A stretch of 63,680 nucleotides of DNA, counting the filler, from Collodictyon triciliatum (lineage: Eukaryota), in assembly GCA_043381765.1 (NCBI GenBank). It is 9 parts of 9 records of this genome, joined end to end, with 100 filler letters (N's around TTAATTAATTAA, not from the genome) between each part and the next. Parts side by side here need not be neighbours in the genome. Positions count along the whole stretch, not along the records: positions 1 to 7,826 come from JBHJMP010003720.1; positions 7,927 to 15,756 come from JBHJMP010003721.1; positions 15,857 to 21,910 come from JBHJMP010003722.1; 6 more parts are not named here. One strand, 5' to 3'. Within the stretch, counting starts at the first letter, position 1. The number at the start of each line of letters is the position of its first letter. The position numbers were made by a program, and so were the translations under genes. This document shows, piece by piece, positions 1-20,700 of this stretch. Under the pieces are notes generated by a model. The model saw nothing but the letters and a program-made list of their open reading frames with translations, was not told where the DNA came from and did not search any database.

Positions 1-41
1 CGGATGAAATCAACTGCCATTCAAACAAATGAAAAGATGAT

Positions 42-529
42 AAACAAACAAACAAACAAACAAACAAACAAACAAACAAACAAACAAACAAACAAACAAA
101 CAAACAAATAAACAAATAAACAAATAAACAAACATACAAACATACAAACAAATAAATAAACAAACAAATAAATAAAACAAACAAACAAACAAATCAAAAG
201 ATGATAAACAAACATACAAACAAAACAAAACAAACAAACAAACATACAAACAAATAAACAAACAAACAAACATACAAACAAACAAACAAACAAACAAACA
301 AACAAACAAACAAACAAACAAACAAACAAACAAAGCAAGCAAATAAACAAATAAACAAACAAACAAACAAACAAATAAATAAATAAACAAATAAACAAAC
401 ATACAAACAAACAAACAAACAAACAAACAAACAAACAAATAAATAAATAAGAAAACAAACAAACATACAGACAAACATACAAACAAATAAACAAACAAAT
501 AAATAAATAAATAAATAAATAAATAAACA
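42..529. repeat. (CAAA)n/(TAAA)n degenerate tetranucleotide microsatellite
   Basis: Direct reading; it produces the spurious FVCL-repeat ORFs on the minus strand. Confidence 0.97.
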
Positions 530-644
530 AGTCATACTATAAGTGAAATGCAATCAAGTATACACTAACGGCACAGAAGTGCGAGAGTGAGAAATAGAGC
601 GATACCATTTATCAGTCAGTTTTAAATAAACACTGAACACCAAC

Positions 645-948
645 CTGATCGATGCTCTGCTCATACACAGCCAAGCGTCCCTGGGCAATATGCACTCTTC
701 CTTTGGCCTCCTGCTCCATCGCCCCGAGTGCCGTCCGCTGCTTTGGTGCTTTCTGGCCGGGTAGAACAAGATCAAGACAGTTTACAAGGACATGCAGGAA
801 AAGGCTGGGAGACAGAGCGAGGCTTCCATCAGGCAGGACAGAGCCTCTATGAGCCCAACCAACACCCACACAACCCAACACAGAGACATCAAGTTTACAG
901 CGCAGAACCAGTCATAAACGCAAAGTGCTGAACGACTCTACGCAGCAT
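645..948 (-). CDS. Possible spliced gene of unknown function (partial)
   Basis: Two phase-compatible exons with GT/AG ends: MLRRVVQHFAFMTGSAL|GSVLPDGSLALSPSLFLHVLVNCLDLVLPGQKAPKQRTALGAMEQEAKGRVHIAQGRLAVYEQSIDQ|. No family recognised. Confidence 0.3.
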
Positions 949-1217
949 CAACAGCCCCGAGAAATATGTGACAGGGAAACAAACACGACAGAGGATCGCA
1001 TCACCCAGAATAGCGCACAATGCATTTAGTTTATAGAACAGAACACAAGCCGAAGGGCAACGGGAGGCGACTCAGTGCCAAGCTGCTCCTTTGCGCAGGT
1101 CCTTGGCGTTGCCGATGCTGCGGGAATGAAAGATGAAAAAAAAAGTGTTAGGAAAAGGATTACTGCAGAGGGTGCCAAGCACGCCCAAACATCGGGAGCT
1201 TTGGCATCATATGTTTT

Positions 1218-7669
<6,452 letters not shown>

Positions 7670-7720
7670 TCAGCGTCCGTGGGTTTCCTGCCCTCTGTAA
7701 TGCTGTATGTCGTTTCTTTC

Positions 7721-7826
7721 GTTTTTTGTTTTTTGTTTTTTGTTTTTTGTTTTTTGTTTTTTGTTTTTTGTTTTTTGTTTTTTGTTTTTTGTTTTTTGTT
7801 TTTTGTTTTTTGTTTTTTGTTTTTTG
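7721..7826. repeat. (TTTTTTG)n microsatellite at contig end
   Basis: Direct reading; the same unit occurs in a MYST intron at ~11498-11688. Confidence 0.95.
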
Positions 7827-7926
7827 NNNNNNNNNNNNNNNNNNNNNNNNNNNNNNNNNNNNNNNNNNNNTTAATTAATTAANNNNNNNNNNNNNNNNNN
7901 NNNNNNNNNNNNNNNNNNNNNNNNNN
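7827..7926. other. Artificial contig-joining spacer (44N-TTAATTAATTAA-44N)
   Basis: An identical 100-nt cassette with stops in all six frames recurs eight times in the window. Confidence 0.98.
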
Positions 7927-8056
7927 AAAAAAAAAAAAAAAAGAAAAAAAAAAAAAAAAAAAAAAGAGGATCAAATAAAGAACTCAGTGCGAGGAATAGG
8001 AAAAAAAAGGAAGGCTCATAATTATACAAATAAGAGTTTGAAGGGGAGTGCCTTAC

Positions 8057-8201
8057 AGTTTTTAGCCACCTTGAAGGCATTTCCAGCCTTTGTGAAGAGC
8101 TCTGCTGCGTCCTCGAAGCGACTGTTCCCAAAAAGTTGGAAGCGCTTCATGGCTTTTTCAGCCTGCTCCAAATACTCGTGTGCTTTGAGCTCGTCGGCCA
8201 T
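8057..8201 (-). CDS. NAPA: Alpha-SNAP (Sec17/NAPA family), first exon; the rest lies beyond the contig end
   Basis: MADELKAHEYLEQAEKAMKRFQLFGNSRFEDAAELFTKAGNAFKVAKN followed by a GTAAGG donor; typical SNAP N-terminus. Confidence 0.9.
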
Positions 8202-9365
8202 TTCTGTGCAAGTAGAGTCAACAAATAAGTACAGGGTGCTGAAATGATGCTTTTTTTTTTGTTTCTTCTTCCTCTACTATTATTTTTATTCGTTCGAACA
8301 TGTTTCTATTACTCCATGTAACCCTGTGTTTCACACGTCGATCTGAAACACTGATAATATACTAGTGGTTCCCTATATTTTCATCATTTCCGCGGCTCAC
8401 CAGTCTAACTTTCACTGGGGCCTAAGAAACCTTGTTGCCGCGTGCCGAAACAAAGTTTAGGAACAGACCGCATATTACACCACCCACTACCTTCCAAAGT
8501 TCTTTCGTGTGCGTGTGCCCTTTCTCCAGCAAAATGATAAGGTGGGAAGCCAAGGTGCGCCTCAGCCACTCAGCCAACAAACATTACAGTTTTAAGCGCG
8601 AGGCAGACTCAAACTTCCGCGAAGCGATCAAGGAAGCACGATAGGAAAGAGGCAAGTTCAGCGAATCACCGCGGCTGCAAAAGGCAAAGGAGTCGCCTCA
8701 TCGAAACCCGCGTCGATCACGCGAGAGAAAGTGGGCAGGTGTGATATATTCCAATTGCGTGTCTGGTGTTTGGGTTTGTTCTCATCATACAGAGGCGTCT
8801 CCGAGGGATATTCGGTTTGATCATTTGCGGGAATGCCTCTGATGATCAGAAATTGTGATTCGTTGGCATTATGGGAGGAATGGTCATACCCAAAGGACAA
8901 TGTGCCGGAGGTAATGCGGAAAGAAAAAAAAGGTTGATTATTTCATGGTTGCCAACAGGTTGGTTTATACATACATGGGCATGGATTGACATCAGATGAA
9001 TTTATGGTGATTGCACCTGATTTGGAATGTGGGTGTGGGGCGCTTTAGGACTTGGGATTCAAATCTACATGTGGAAATTATGATTTTTAGTTTGCTGACA
9101 AACCCAACCACCGGATCGATCGACTCTGGTGGGTGCGGAGAATGGTTGGCGAAGGGCTAAAGCAAAACCTGCATATGTGGCAAAGGAAGTTGACGTTCTT
9201 CTTTCCGATAAGTCACTTCATTTTGAATCTTTTCCTTCTTTTACTTCTTTTCTTTCTTTTCCTTCTTTTACTTCTTTTCCTTCTTTTCTTTCTTTTCTTT
9301 CTTATCTCCAAAAGGTTCAGCAAAGCAGTTTTCAGATTTTTCCCGAACTCGGAGGGGTTTTGGAA

Positions 9366-12179
<2,814 letters not shown>

Positions 12180-12521
12180 TTCGGCTGGAGCTTATTTCTC
12201 CTTTTTCGTATGATAGTTCTTCCCAAAAACATGTGGACTACATTAGAGTATATCGTGCAGATTGGAAAGAAGAATAAAAAGGAAGGCTGCTTTTTTCTTT
12301 TCCTTGAAGCAACAAATACGGGAGCTGTAAATGCTTTCACAGTCACAGCGATATTTTCGGTGTTTCAAGAGAGAATACATAATACTACGTAGTTAGTGGA
12401 ATGGTATGCATCTGTATTCTCAACGCGTAAATAATATATCTATAGCTTCAGGTGGTAAGTTGAGTTTATTTTATATCTGTCGAGTTTTCCTAGGTGAGAT
12501 AGACTAAAGAAAGGAGCATCG

Positions 12522-15505
12522 CTAATCAGTGGTCGATTTTCCTTTCGTCTCTGTGCTTTGGGCATCCTCCTCTCCAAGAGTCTGGCTCTTCTTAGGGGAT
12601 ACCGATATGTGAGAGGGGGTGGTGGGTGACGGACGCTGATGAGCCGGATTACTAAGACCCAATAAGTATAAAGCACTTAAGTGTAATCCTGATTCGTTCG
12701 GTTTAGCCACGCTCGTTGCTTGCTGTTCGTTCTTGTGGGCGGCATCCAGGGCGATGGCATCAGACAATCGTTCGAGATTTATAAATGAGTCGTTTGGTTT
12801 AGGTCCCTGATTTTCGGCTAGTGTTACCAATGGCTTGTATGAGCTGTTCTCTACATGAGACCCATCGGCCATGTCAGCATCAGCATCAGCATCATCTTCA
12901 TCACCATCTTTGTGAGTAAAGGATTCAGATTGCAAGCGAGCCTCTGCAAAGTCATTTTTATCAAGCTGACTCTTTAGTTCGGTATCGCATTTGGCTATGG
13001 CATACTCCCTATCAGTTGGCTTTGTAATTGTATCTCTCTTTAAAGCAGATAGATTTTGCAGTTGTGAAATGTGCATTTGTTTGGGTGGAGTTTGCGTTTC
13101 CACTCGTGACAGCTTTCTCATGGTTTGAAACTGTTCGACAGTGCCACCCGTGACCTCAACTGAGGTTAAATTGTGTTGAGAGGAATTTTGGTGTTTGGTG
13201 GCTTCGCCAGTAGGTTCTTTAGCGAAATGAAACCTATCTGTTGCAGTGTCCAGCAACTCTTGGCCTGCTAGCTTGTTGCCTTCTTCCTTCTGTGTTGTCG
13301 TTAGATTCAGCGCGTAGTTCCCATTTTCTCTTTTAATTTTCAGCTTTTTTATGACCAGCGGTCGCACTTCATGATGAAGCACCTGTTCAGGGTATTTATC
13401 TATATATGACGTAATATATTTTCAGAAATAATCAGTAATGTGGTTGTGGCAAAAGTATATTTGAAATATATGCGTGTGTTATATAAACCATCTGACCTTG
13501 AGAAGATGCACAGCCTGGGTATTGGGCAACAGAAGATAACGGTATTTCAGTATGAGATGTAGATGGTTTTGTCTGCGAATACTCTTTCAGCTCGAGATGC
13601 TTTCGAATGAGTTTTAAGGATATTCTCAATTTGTTGTTTCCAACACAGACAACAGGAGAGTCGTTGGGGAACTTGACAACACTTTCAATGTCAGAAATAG
13701 GCTTCATTGATTGTTCTTTTTTGATTTCTGGAGCAGTGAAAGTGGCTTCCATGGGGTTGGGTGCGCTTTCAATGTTTCTGATATCGCCCAATTGCTTTCT
13801 CTTTTTTCTATCAGTAGATGTTTCTTTGTGGGGTGATTTTGTGGTGTTGTTGACAGATTTATCTTCCCTGGGTCGTCCCCGACGGCCAGACCTCATCAGT
13901 GGCATGGGTGATTCGTTTTGGATCGAAGAATGATGCTCTGCAATTACGCTTTGTCGGGGTGATGAGACGATTAGGTCTGATAATAATGCTCCTTTCTTTG
14001 GAATTACCACCTCGGAGTTGTCTGCAGAGTCATCATCTTTGATAACGGAAGTCATTCTTAGGGCTGACTCGCGGACTTGAATAGGCACATTTTCATAGTT
14101 GCAAACTTCATTGTGAACAGCCTCCAATTCGGCTAATTTTGATTTTAACTCTGCTTCTATGACTTCATACTTTTTGACTTGGCGCTGTATTTCTTCTTTG
14201 ACATATTTTTGCGCTGATGTCAGTTGAACAATCTCTTTTTCCTCTGCTTGCTTGTAGGCTAGTCATTTTTTTGATTTATTATTGGAAAATTATCATAATG
14301 TGAATCAATTTGAAGACGATATTATAATCAAAGAAACTAGCTTAAAGATTACAGCCCCAGTTTTATACTCTTATTCTCACGGTAGTATCTACTTTAAGGG
14401 AGAGAGGGACTTACATGGAAAAATAAATATTACGATGAAAATCAGATAACGAGTGTTCGAAAAATGTTTACCCTTAGCAGTTCCTTTTGGAAGCAGAGTA
14501 GTTAGTTTAGCGAGAAATGCCTCTGATGGGTCTACAAATATAATTTCATCCACAACCTCTCGAACGACAGGTTTTCTTGTGAGGGGGTTATTCTCGGTTA
14601 CTAGTAGGGCGAATAAATGAATCAATCAAATACTTTGTATCAATGATGTTCAAAATCTTTGAATCGAGTAAGGAAGAAAAAAATCAGCTGTTGGTAGCAA
14701 AAATTGTTGGTTTGAAAATAGGTTCGTATGTTCTTTTGTCTTTTTCAAACACCTATTATTTTCTTGAGTATTAAAGGAAAATAAAATTAAAACATACTAG
14801 GGCCGTTGAAAAGCTTCAATAGGAGAGGGAATTCCAAAGGCTTTTCATTCGCGTCGTTAAAGTGTAGAGTGATTCCGATTAGAAACTCGCCCCAGCCAAA
14901 CTCAGTCAGCTCAAACGGAGACTTTTCGATTGCTATTTCACAAAAGCTAGTAAGTTCTACAGGAAAAAAAAAAGAAGCAGGGCTTATTTTTTGAATAAGA
15001 ATACTTCTGATGGGGTTCTCAAAGCTTGGATGTAACCGAAAGGAGACTTTTTTAACGAAAAACGATATATCTTCACCGCCTAATCCTCTCACATAAACTG
15101 TCCATTGATGGGTTCTGTTTTGTTATCAAAAGAAAAAACCATGAGTGTGTTGAAAATAACTAATCCGTAGATTTTCTGTGTCATAGGGTTCCTACTATAC
15201 GCAGTTAAGCTATTATCTTCACAGAAAGAGGGACGATTTATTCGAGCAGACTATAAGTATGTATGAAAAGTGGAAAAGGTTGAAAGAAAATAGCATAGCG
15301 GAATATTCCCTTCAAAAAGAAAAAGTGGACAACATGTAGAAGCGCTTCAATAATATATATATATATCGATATGTGGTGTTTTGGTTTTTTCCTCAGTAGT
15401 CTGCATAACAGTATAAACCTTCCCTCTGTGGCCTTGCGTCCAAGCCACTCGGCTGTTGATCCATATACGATTGGTCGTTCGATGGTTGTTCCTTTTACCC
15501 TCCGG
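12522..15505 (-). CDS. YEATS-domain protein (YEATS4/GAS41/Yaf9-like) with coiled coil and ~500-aa low-complexity C-terminal extension; first exon missing
   Basis: RVKGTTIERPIVYGSTAEWLG..THQWTVYVRG..FVKKVSFRLHPSFENPIR..IEKSPFELTEFGWGEFLIGITLHF..KPVVREVVDEIIFVDPSE. A heptad region then runs into the 231-aa ORF and splices in phase 0 to the 286-aa ORF. Confidence 0.9.
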
Positions 15506-15548
15506 CTACACCAAAGTAGACTCAACTTCATGATGCATCAGTGGTTCG

Positions 15549-15756
15549 AATGAATAATGAATAATGAATAATGAATAATGAATAATGAATAATGAATAAT
15601 GAATAATGAATAATGAATAATGAATAATGAATAAAGAGCAAACAACAAAGAATAAAGAGTAAAGAGTAAAGAGTAAAGAGTAAAGAGTAAAGAGTAAAGA
15701 GTAAAGAGTAAAGAGTAAAGAGTAAAGAGTAAAGAGTAAAGAGTAAAGAGTAAGGA
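15549..15756. repeat. (AATAATG)n and (AAGAGTA)n heptamer microsatellites at contig end
   Basis: Direct reading. Confidence 0.95.
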
Positions 15757-15856
15757 NNNNNNNNNNNNNNNNNNNNNNNNNNNNNNNNNNNNNNNNNNNN
15801 TTAATTAATTAANNNNNNNNNNNNNNNNNNNNNNNNNNNNNNNNNNNNNNNNNNNN
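15757..15856. other. Artificial contig-joining spacer
   Basis: 44N-TTAATTAATTAA-44N. Confidence 0.98.
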
Positions 15857-15957
15857 TTTTCTTTTTCTTTTTCTTTTTCTTTTTCTTTTTCTTTTTCTTT
15901 TTCTTTTTCTTTTTCTTTTTCTTTTTCTTTTTCTTTTTCTTTTTCTTTTTCTTTTTT
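15857..15957. repeat. (TTTTTC)n microsatellite at contig start
   Basis: Direct reading. Confidence 0.95.
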
Positions 15958-17737
15958 ACGCTGATCTTATTAGCGAGGTTACCTGCCTGAAAGACTCCTC
16001 CCTCGTTACATGAAACCCCAATTTCCAGTTGAAATTATAATATGTGGAAAATATTTTTCATATATATATTAACCTATTAAGAGGTCTAAATGTTAATATA
16101 TAATTGTATACATACATATATTTCAATATCTAATATAAAACATAATTAAATAAACGAATATGTCGTACCTTCTAGAAGACCGTCAGGTTGTTCTTTGCTA
16201 ACAAGTATTTGTGAACACACAAATTCACAGACCCGAAACAAAATACTCTGCGGGTGTGTGTATCTTTCTAAGAAAATCACCCAACACAGAACACATCATT
16301 CGTTTTTGAGATTTTTTTTTTTTACCAATCGGTTCTAGCCGCCTTTCACACTGGCAGGTTTTGCCGCGTGTTTACAAACAATTCAAAGAAATAATGAACA
16401 ATAGTCATTTTCATGGAATACTCACTTTCAACTGGCGCCCACTCGAAGAGCATATATCTAAATTATAACGGTTCTGAGGCAAGAAATCGCCTAATGCCAC
16501 TAAAAAAATAGCAAACGCTATCGAGACGGAGGCTAACTCCACCACAACAAAGGCTCGCTCCTTGCCCCAACCCCGATTGCATATATAGTTCGTCACTCGC
16601 CCTTGCAAAACATTAGATTAAAAAGTTTTAACGGTTACACAGTTCGGTGCAATTTATATTGTCAACCAACCACATGGCCTTGAGAAAGCCGGATTTGTCG
16701 TAGAAAAATATAAGACACAACGTTCGAGAAAAAAAACGCCTTTGTAAAAAGGGGAGTATTTAAGTTTTTTTTAAAACTCTGGTGGTCAAACAGACGAGAA
16801 TGCCTATAAATAAGCGCGAGCATCGAGAGGATGATTTCAAATGTACTACTCTCCCATCGAATGCTTGTTGCACACCCATCCTATGTTCTCCCGTCAAACA
16901 TTTAGTAAAAGTGTCACCAATTCGACCTGGTGAAAACCAAAGGCTGCCGAAAACTGACCCATAGACGAGGCGTCAAGAGGACAATAATTCAATGAGCGTC
17001 AATGGATGGGAAATGACTATTTCTATATGTTGCCCAAACACACTAGAATTATCCCCACCATGCACTATCCCTTGCAGATGACCACCCAACCATAGTCTGT
17101 CTTTACCTTCTCCACCCCTCCCCTTGATAATAGTTCAAGGCAGTTGTTTGTGACTAGCAGTGGTTTATTTTGCTTCTCTGATCAACACAGTTTCCTATGA
17201 TAATCAGAAAAGATATCCTACTATAAAGTCTGCCAACCTCCTAGGGGATCATTTGTAGCATAGTCTAGAGTGCCAAAGACCCTCGCCTCTTGGCTTCTCT
17301 AGGTGTTGAAAGCTACTCAAAACCCCTCTCTTTGCCCTAGATCCTCCATTTATCCCTGAACAGACCAGCTTCTAAGTAAAAGCAGCACAGGAAGTATGGC
17401 CACCCGGAACCAAGAGAACAAACCGCGCATTTCCCTGGTGTCAGATGACTCTGGGGGACCAAAGGACAGCAATAACAATGCCTGGATTGATGTACGTTCG
17501 CCCCCCATAGCTTCATTAATAATCTGTCACTCAAACTGATACACCCACTCCTTTTTTCCTATTGCATCACAACTCTTCCTCTCTCACGGGCAAGTCGTTG
17601 TTATTATTACTTCGTTTGTGCGTGGGTAATTCCAACGTGACCCTGAAGCACTTGCCTTTTATTTTCAGCCATGCTAGCCCCGCGTGGGTCACTGATCACC
17701 AAAATGATCACTCGTTTTCTCCACATAACAGGCTGAG

Positions 17738-20700
17738 ATGAAGAAAAGCATACGCCGCACAATCTCCCTGCGCAACTCCATCCTCCTATTGTCCTTCTTC
17801 TCCGTCGTCTCCGTCGCATTGGTGAGCGTCGTCCCGTCATACACCTTTGGGTTCTCGGTAAGAAGTCCTTTTGTGGAAATAATGGAGACCCGTATTTTTT
17901 TTGTTAGTCAAAAGACTGGTTGCGAGTTTGCACCCACGCTAAATTCCGCTACTACCTAATTCGTGGAATTCTTACAAATTTAGTCCGTGAACGACATTTC
18001 CAACCAACTGCAGACTCAGGTGGGGAGAAAACGTGCACCTATTTCTCCTGTTCCAAATCTGGAATTATTAGCTGAACATCCTAATCAGTCACGTTTATTC
18101 AGCATACTCACCCAACACGCTCATTTTGCTTCTCTCTCCCTCGCTTTGATGAGCAGACCGTGGAGCGTATTCAACAAGAGATCCAGGCTGCGTTGAATAT
18201 CCCCCATGAAGCCCTCCGAGTCTTCGAACTGACCTACTACCAAATGGACCTTGAAGACAATGGGATTCAATGTAACAACTACGCCGCCCGCTTCGCAAAT
18301 ATGGGCATTCTCGAGGTTTGTTTTCTTGATCTTTTTTTTTCTGTCAGCAATAAAGGTGCATCTTTGAGGGCAGAAAAAAAAATAAAACACAACAACAAAT
18401 ATACAAACAAAATCTCCGCTCTGAATGGTGCCATCAAAAACAGAAAAGCAACATTCTGTCCCAAGCATACATCGGATACCAAGATGGTGGCATTAGCGGT
18501 ATGATCAATTCGGATAATCATGTTCATAGCCTTTTCGTACCTAATTCAAGAGTATCGAAACATGCTACTTTATGCGCAGAATAGAGATCACGAAACAATA
18601 CAAGATCCTTTAAATGAACCAATATGTTACATCTACACCAGCCATCGTAAAGGATTCTGGGTCAAGCTCGTACATTTGCAGCTCACATGAAAACGGATAT
18701 GCGCTGCAGTTCTCTCCACCAATGACATGGTCAACCATCAATAAGCCGTACGACGAAATCCCGGTAGTTGAATCTGTTAATGGTTATAACGCATCGACGC
18801 GCGTTTGGTATGTCATACTTGATTCATAGAACGAACTTACACAGATGAACCACGCACATATATGTTTATGTTCTAACAGAGAAAACCTTGCGCATTAATA
18901 TCAATCCTCTTCCTAGACAATCCTAATTCTCATTTTTTCACAAAATCCCCCCCCCCCCCCAAAAAAAAAAAAAAAAAAAAAAAAAAAATAAAATAAAATA
19001 AAATAAAAAGGTACACAGCAGCTGTGAAAAAGAAGGGACCAACATGGAGTCCAGTCTATTCCTCAATTACCGCAGGTGGCTCTATCCTGGCCATGACCGC
19101 CGTGCGCCCGATTTTTAACGATGTGGCGAGCAGTGAGTTATTCTTCATGGGTGATTCATTTCTTGTCGTATTCCAACGCCTCATCTCGACCTATGTCAGA
19201 TATTTATATACTTGTATATAGACCTAAATATTAACTACAGGCAAGATTATTGGAGTCTCCGGAATCGAAATGAATCTCAATCTTATCCAAGAAAAGCTGA
19301 AAAGTATCAAGACTAGCAAACATGGTGAAGCATACATCCTCCAGAAGGTATATAATCTGTTCTATCCTTCTTTCTTTTTTCAAGCCTTCCGTAAGATTGA
19401 ATCATGCATCTAATCGGACTGGATTACACATAGGACGGAAATATCATCGCCAATACCTTGGATGTTCCAATCGCCGATGCTAAAGGTATGGTCAACTACA
19501 AGAACTCCAACAACAAGCTCATGGTCAACTCAGCAAATGTAATATTCCTCTTTATTCAATTTTCATTTCTCTATTTACCAATACTACTATTCATCGCCCA
19601 CTTTGAATCGTATAAAGAAAAAATTACTCTTCATCGAATCTAGAATCGCACTAACGTTCTTACTTCTTAAATCAGAAATTGAGAAAGAACTCTGCTGGCG
19701 AGCTGGAAGCCATCGGCGGTATCCGATCATTCTCTACGTACAAAGGGGACAAAGAGTACCTCACATTCGCCTCTACTTTGGTGGACCCTCGTGGTGGTAT
19801 TGAATGGGTAACCTTTAACACTCTGTATGTATATATGCCATTCCACATACCTTTGCATTGACCACTGGTAGTCTTGTGGTCGATTAGAAACATAACACCC
19901 AAAAAAATGCCAAAAAAAGAAATAAAAGCCACTCTGTATTAGTTCCCCTCATAAAGTAAACCGAATCTCAATCCAGACCGTTATTATCCTGATTCCTCGA
20001 AGCGACATCTTCTCGAAGGTGGACAGTATGATTGTCCTGTCGTCTTCACTTACTGCAGCTCTGTTCGTCCTTACCCTTGCAATTACCATGGTTGTGTCTA
20101 CTTATATCAGTCGGTAAGGATCATTTGAAATGCAATTTCTGTACATCATCTTTGGCATTACATCGATGTTTTACCCTATGCAACACATTTCGTAACCAAG
20201 TCCTTCTCATACATATTTCCGGGTTGCCAGACCGCTTAACATTGTTGCTGATGCCATGCAAAACATCTCCAAGCTTGATTTTGAAAAGAGAGCCACGGTG
20301 AGTTTATTGTGGTCGCTTCACATGAACCTTTCTACGGATTTTTATAGTTATCTCCATGTATGTTACTGCGCAATACCTAAATACAATACATTCTCTTCCT
20401 TCCCCTGGCACTTTAGGGCGATTCTAGCTCAAGCTTGCGTGAGATTAGAATGATTCAATCTTCATTCCAGGCAGGACAAACCCCCATAATAAGTCTCCCA
20501 AAAATTGTATGCGAATTAACAGCGGACAAATTCAATTATGTAATCTAGGTAATGGACACAGCATTGCAATCATTTGGCAAGTTTGTGCCCATGGCAGTCG
20601 TGAAAAGAATCGTGGCCGATCCCAGCAATCAAGGCCAATTATTCTTGGACCGTAGAAATGTGACTGTCATGTTCACAGGTAAATATAAAATCTAACAAGA

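Noticed and set aside
10..553. Three long hydrophobic minus-strand ORFs (FVCL repeats), and similar RE/SL, poly-I, poly-L, FFVFC and HTYI ORFs elsewhere
   Set aside because: They are translations of stop-free microsatellites, mostly intronic or at contig ends.
7827..7926. Regularly spaced TTAATTAATTAA palindrome as a biological or CRISPR-like element
   Set aside because: It is always embedded in exactly 44+44 N, which marks an artificial six-frame-stop linker. Gene order across it carries no information.
15654..15756. (AAGAGTA)n and (GAGT)n at contig ends as telomeres
   Set aside because: Many different repeat units end the contigs, and genes such as YEATS continue past them, so these are internal microsatellites that broke the assembly.
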